Made by a program: the position numbers and the translations under genes. Positions 60,294 through 64,000 of a DNA stretch of 64,000 nt are shown piece by piece. Source of the DNA: Gammaproteobacteria bacterium (lineage in GTDB: Bacteria > Pseudomonadota > Gammaproteobacteria > Eutrophobiales > Eutrophobiaceae); NCBI GenBank assembly GCA_963422205.2, contig CAXMWX010000009.1, positions 262,721 through 326,720 of the forward strand. The letters run 5' to 3'. Below the pieces are notes generated by a model. That model was not told the origin of the DNA, ran no database searches, and saw nothing but the letters and a program-made list of their open reading frames with translations. Every line of letters begins with the position of its first letter. Position 1 is the stretch's first letter.

Positions 60294-60643
60294 CAACAGG
60301 TTGAGATCAAAAAAGATAAATAAACTACACGTATTCAGAGGCTATTGCCAGCGCTGAATGACGGATTTGTCCATTTTAGCCTGATTTGCCAGCATGTAAC
60401 ATGGTGTGGCTCGAAAAAAAATCCCAGGGAAAATTCCGGGGAAACCCGTCCTGCGATACGGCTTTGGGGGGTGTGTATGCCATACGATGATAGCCGGCAA
60501 TCTGCTGTTTGTTGATATAATCACAACCATGCCGGACCAGGCCGTTGCCCATTAATCTGTCAGGTCAATCTGTCATGTCAGCAGGGCATGGTGGCGGGTA
60601 TATGTCTGGCCGCACACTTATGATTGATGCACGGATACGTTAA

Positions 60644-61447
60644 GTGACTAAAACAATATTGATGACCGGCGGGTTGTTATCCCTGCTTGCAACGGCTGTG
60701 GTTGCCGGGGAGCGCCTGCGGCTGGCCACGACCACCAGCACGGATAATTCGGGCTTGCTGGCGGTGCTGCATCCGCCGTTTGAGCAGCAGATGGGCGTGC
60801 AGGTGGATGTGATTGCCGCTGGCACCGGCAGGGCCTTGAAGCTGGGTGAGAACGGCGATGTGGATGTGGTGCTGGTACATGCCCCTGCGGCTGAGAGAGC
60901 ATTTGTGGCGGCGGGTTACGGGGTGAAGCGGCTGGCGGTGATGCACAATGATTTTGTCTTGCTTGGCCCGCCGGCCGACCCGGCGAGGCTCCGGCAGAGT
61001 GCATCAGTCGTTGCGGCATTGCAAGCGGTGGCCGAACATGGGGCGGTTTTTATCTCCCGCGGTGATGATTCTGGCACACACAAAAAAGAACAAGCCCTGT
61101 GGCAACAGGCCGGGATTGTGCCGGCAGGCCGGTGGTATCTGGCGGCAGGGCAGGGCATGGGGGCGGTGCTGAGAATGGCCGATGACAAGCTGGCCTATAC
61201 CCTGGCTGACCGGGGGACATATCTGGCCTTTAAGACCAAGCTCAGTTTGCAGATCGTGCGCCAGGGTGATGCGGATTTATTCAATCCCTACCATGTGATC
61301 ATGGTGAACCCGAAGAAGCATCCCCATGTGAAATACCGGCTGGCCCGGCGCTACATTGATTTTATTCGGGGTGAGGCTGGGCAGGCCATCATCCGGCAGT
61401 TTACCCGAACGGGCGAGCCGCTGTTTATTCCTGACGTGATTCCCTGA
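60644..61447 (+). CDS. tupA: Tungstate ABC transporter substrate-binding protein
   Basis: LRLATTTSTDNSGLL (TupA TTTS signature), LVHAP, SRGDDSGTH motifs. Confidence 0.92.
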   Translation: MTKTILMTGGLLSLLATAVVAGERLRLATTTSTDNSGLLAVLHPPFEQQMGVQVDVIAAGTGRALKLGENGDVDVVLVHAPAAERAFVAAGYGVKRLAVMHNDFVLLGPPADPARLRQSASVVAALQAVAEHGAVFISRGDDSGTHKKEQALWQQAGIVPAGRWYLAAGQGMGAVLRMADDKLAYTLADRGTYLAFKTKLSLQIVRQGDADLFNPYHVIMVNPKKHPHVKYRLARRYIDFIRGEAGQAIIRQFTRTGEPLFIPDVIP

Positions 61448-61461
61448 CACAGACCGGGTAA

Positions 61462-62154
61462 ATGACCTATTTCACCGAGGCATTTTATGCCGCATGGGTA
61501 TTGATCTTCAGCTTTGATGGGGAAGTCTATGCCGTTGTCTTCACTTCCCTGTACGTCTCAATCACCGCTGTTATCATCGCCGCCTTGCCCGGCATACCCC
61601 TGGGCCTGCTGGTGGTGTTGAAGGACTTTCCCGGCAAACAGGTGCTGCAACATGGTCTGAATACCCTGATGGCCTTGCCCACCGTTGTGGTTGGCTTGTT
61701 GTTATATGGCCTTCTGGCGCGCCAGGGTGTGTTGGGTGAGCTTGGGCTGCTGTATACCAGGACGGCCATTATCATCGGTGAAACACTGCTGATTCTGCCG
61801 ATTATCTGGAACCTGTCCATCGCCGCCGCCAGGGGGGCTGATCCGCGTTTATTAAATACCATCCGGGCGCTGGGCGCCTCCTTGCCGCAACAGATGGCGG
61901 TCTATCTGGGCGAGGTGAGGTATGGCCTGCTCGCTGCCCTGGCCGTGGGCTTTGGCCGGGCGGTGGGCGAGGTGGGGGTGGCCATGATGCTGGGCGGCAA
62001 TATTGCCGGCTTCACCCGCACCATGACCACGGCGATTGCGCTGGAGACCAGTAAAGGTGAATTTGAATTTGCCCTGGCCCTGGGAGTCCTGTTGCTTGCC
62101 ACGGCATTTCTCGTCAATGTCATCGTGCAGCGTCTACAGAGCGTCTCGCCGTGA
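61462..62154 (+). CDS. tupB: Tungstate ABC transporter permease
   Basis: FGRAVGEVG...GGNI...TRTMTTAIALE motifs. Confidence 0.92.
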   Translation: MTYFTEAFYAAWVLIFSFDGEVYAVVFTSLYVSITAVIIAALPGIPLGLLVVLKDFPGKQVLQHGLNTLMALPTVVVGLLLYGLLARQGVLGELGLLYTRTAIIIGETLLILPIIWNLSIAAARGADPRLLNTIRALGASLPQQMAVYLGEVRYGLLAALAVGFGRAVGEVGVAMMLGGNIAGFTRTMTTAIALETSKGEFEFALALGVLLLATAFLVNVIVQRLQSVSP

Positions 62155-63147
62155 CCGCCATCTATCAGCTAAAAAATCTGCGCTATGGGTATGCCGGACA
62201 GCCGGTGCTGAATATAAAACACCTGATGATTGCGGCCAACAAGGTGACGGCGATTGTCGGTGCTAACGGGGCGGGCAAAAGCACCTTGTTTGATATTCTT
62301 GCCTTGTTGCAACCGGCCACATCTGATGAGTTCCTGTTTTCCGGCACAGCGCTGGCCGATGCCAGGCGGGCCGAGTTTCGCCAACAGATCGGGTATGTGC
62401 AGCAGCGGCCTTATCTGATGGCTATGTCGGTGCGCGCGAATATTGGCCTGGGGCTGAAGTTCCGCCGCTGGCCCAGGGCGGCAATCGATCGGGCGGTGGA
62501 TAGCATTGCCGCTGAGTTGGGATTGCAGCCCCTGCTGGCACGCCCGGCCCGGCGGCTCTCCGGCGGTGAGGTACAAAAAGTTGCACTCGCCCGGGCGCTG
62601 GTGCTGCAACCGGCAGTGATGATTATGGATGAGCCGTTTGCCTATCTTGATGCACAGACCGAGGCCGACATGCAGCACTGGATAGCCAGGCAAAAAGTAC
62701 GCGCCGAGCGCACACTGATATTCAGCACGCATGATCAGCTAAAAGCACAGGCCATCGCCGAGCATGTCGTTGGCATCATCAATGGCGATGTCCATGCCGC
62801 TGCATGCAGTAACGTATTTCAGGGGCTACGTTGATGGCGTACGCAACCGCTTCATCAGTGATGAGATCCTGTTCGAATTACCGCAGCATATCACCGCCGG
62901 TCATACCTTATTCATCAATCCGCGGCACCTGGTGATCTCCCGGGAGCGATTGCCATCGAGTATGCGGAATCATTATGCTGGCGTGATTGTGGCGATGAAT
63001 GCGATCGGTGAGGAGATACATATCCAACTTCAGGCGGCGGCGGTATTGCATGTCATCATCACGCCCAAATCATCGCAGGAAATGGGCTTGCAGCCCGGGC
63101 AGGCGGTCTGGGCGAGTTGTAAATCCTCGGACTTGACGGTTATCTAG
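62151..63147 (+). pseudogene. tupC: Tungstate ABC ATPase with C-terminal TOBE domain, split by a +1 frameshift (probable homopolymer error)
   Basis: GANGAGKST, LSGGE, DEP in 62151-62834. TOBE part (SSMRN...ITPKS...GL.PG..V.AS.KS) in the +1 frame. GGGG at 62822-62825; removing one G gives 331 aa. Confidence 0.8.
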
Positions 63148-63263
63148 CCCTGGCCCTGGTGTTTAAGCTGCGTATATGCAGGTTGAAGCCATCTGTATCC
63201 TGTATAATTCGGGCTATGAATACCCCGCGGATTGCCCGGCCGCCCATCGATCGGTGTTAGCTC

Positions 63264-63605
63264 ATGCCTTTATATCAATACTATTGCGATGAGAATGAGC
63301 AGACGGTCGAGGTCTATCATCCCATGGATGTGGTATTAACCACCTGGCTTGAATTATGTTATGTCGCACAGCACGATGTCGGTGATATAAACCCGGCCAG
63401 CCCGGTGCGAAAAGTCGTGAAAAGCCCGCCGGGCATGGCGGTGGCCACGTTTAACAGCGAGCTTAAAAATGTCGGTTTTACCAAGCTGGTGCGGCGTGAT
63501 CATGGCGTGTATGAAAACGTGACCGCACTGGATGATGAGAAGCGCTATATGGTCAAGGGCGATAAAAATTCCATCCCCAAACTGCATAAAAAAGTGGGCG
63601 ACTGA
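63264..63605 (+). CDS. FmdB-like zinc-ribbon family protein (only 2 Cys)
   Basis: MPLYQYYC...VEV.H.M, WLELC, GFTKLVR..GVYEN. Confidence 0.75.
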   Translation: MPLYQYYCDENEQTVEVYHPMDVVLTTWLELCYVAQHDVGDINPASPVRKVVKSPPGMAVATFNSELKNVGFTKLVRRDHGVYENVTALDDEKRYMVKGDKNSIPKLHKKVGD

Positions 63606-63659
63606 TGCCATCGCAAAGCGGCATCAAAGCGGTGTGGCCTATGGCATTGCCGGGTATCT

Positions 63660-63677
63660 GCCTGCACAAGTGCAGGC
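63660..63677. terminator. Hairpin between convergent FmdB-like gene and tRNA
   Basis: GCCTGCAC-AA-GTGCAGGC inverted repeat; no clear U-tract. Confidence 0.3.
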
Positions 63678-63776
63678 TGACCGGTGACGGCCAACCCGCC
63701 CGCTGCGTTGCGCCTGCTGCGTTGTGTATGAACGGCAAGTCAATGCGAACATGAGTCGGCGGCCAACCAGGCGATG

Positions 63777-63853
63777 TGGTGGCTATGGCTGGACTTGAAC
63801 CAGCGACATCAGCATTATGAATGCTGCGCTCTAACCAACTGAGCTACATAGCC
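63777..63853 (-). tRNA. tRNA-Met (elongator, anticodon CAT)
   Basis: Reverse complement GGCTATGTAGCTCAGTTGGTTAGAGCGCAGCATTCATAATGCTGATGTCGCTGGTTCAAGTCCAGCCATAGCCACCA; G1-C72 pair, encoded CCA. Confidence 0.96.
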
Positions 63854-64000
63854 ATGAGTGTTGCGGAACGGCTGTGATCCTGATGATTAAACAAGGTGTT
63901 GTCAAGAGACAGGCAAGCCCTGGACTGTCAGGCCATGGCCTAGCGGGTGCCAAAGACCACAATGGATTTGCCGGCCACGGCTACCAGGTGATCCTCTTCC

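Noticed and set aside
60300-60643. ModE/TunR-type operator upstream of tupA
   Set aside because: Only weak partial palindromes; no convincing consensus match.
62815-62865. Programmed frameshift or selenocysteine readthrough in tupC
   Set aside because: No canonical slippery heptamer, and TGA readthrough meets another stop within about 10 codons. A G-run indel is simpler.
60300-63853. tRNA-anchored integrative island
   Set aside because: No integrase; only a 7-bp match (TGGTGGC near 60589) to the tRNA 3' end, which is not significant.

Overview
Chromosomal window of a Gammaproteobacterium (inferred from gene content and order). No CRISPR array, integrase, transposase or rRNA is visible. 1-2.65 kb: a TonB-dependent receptor (runs off the left edge) preceded by a His-rich CxxC/RxPP leader ORF, a terminator-like hairpin and a Zur-like operator. 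2.7-16 kb: an uncharacterised catabolic cluster (CoA transferase, HMG-CoA-lyase-like enzyme, MFS, VOC, amidohydrolase, acyl-CoA ligase, membrane protein, unknown protein, DUF1330, nitrilase-fold protein, ALDH, SDR). Two of its hydrolases appear to have non-canonical active sites, and a frameshifted Ni/Co-transporter-like gene interrupts it. 16.5-21.4 kb: GT32, DUF4442 and a beta-alanine/omega-amino acid module with a PuuR-like regulator. 21.8-60.3 kb: mostly core genes (cysQ, yrfG, trmB, argS, priA, mrcA, pilMNOPQ, aroKB, dgt, gltBD, Atm1-like ABC, hemE, DUF368, lnt, corC, ybeY, phoH-like, miaB), plus an MBL hydrolase/pseudo-receiver pair and an islet of exported unknown proteins ending in an orphan Rap1a-like gene. 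60.6-63.9 kb: tupABC (tupC frameshifted), an FmdB-like protein and tRNA-Met. Best leads are the Zur box + arrest-peptide leader + TBDR module and the catabolic cluster with a Glu-Arg-Ser nitrilase-fold enzyme. All family calls come from motif recognition, not database searches.
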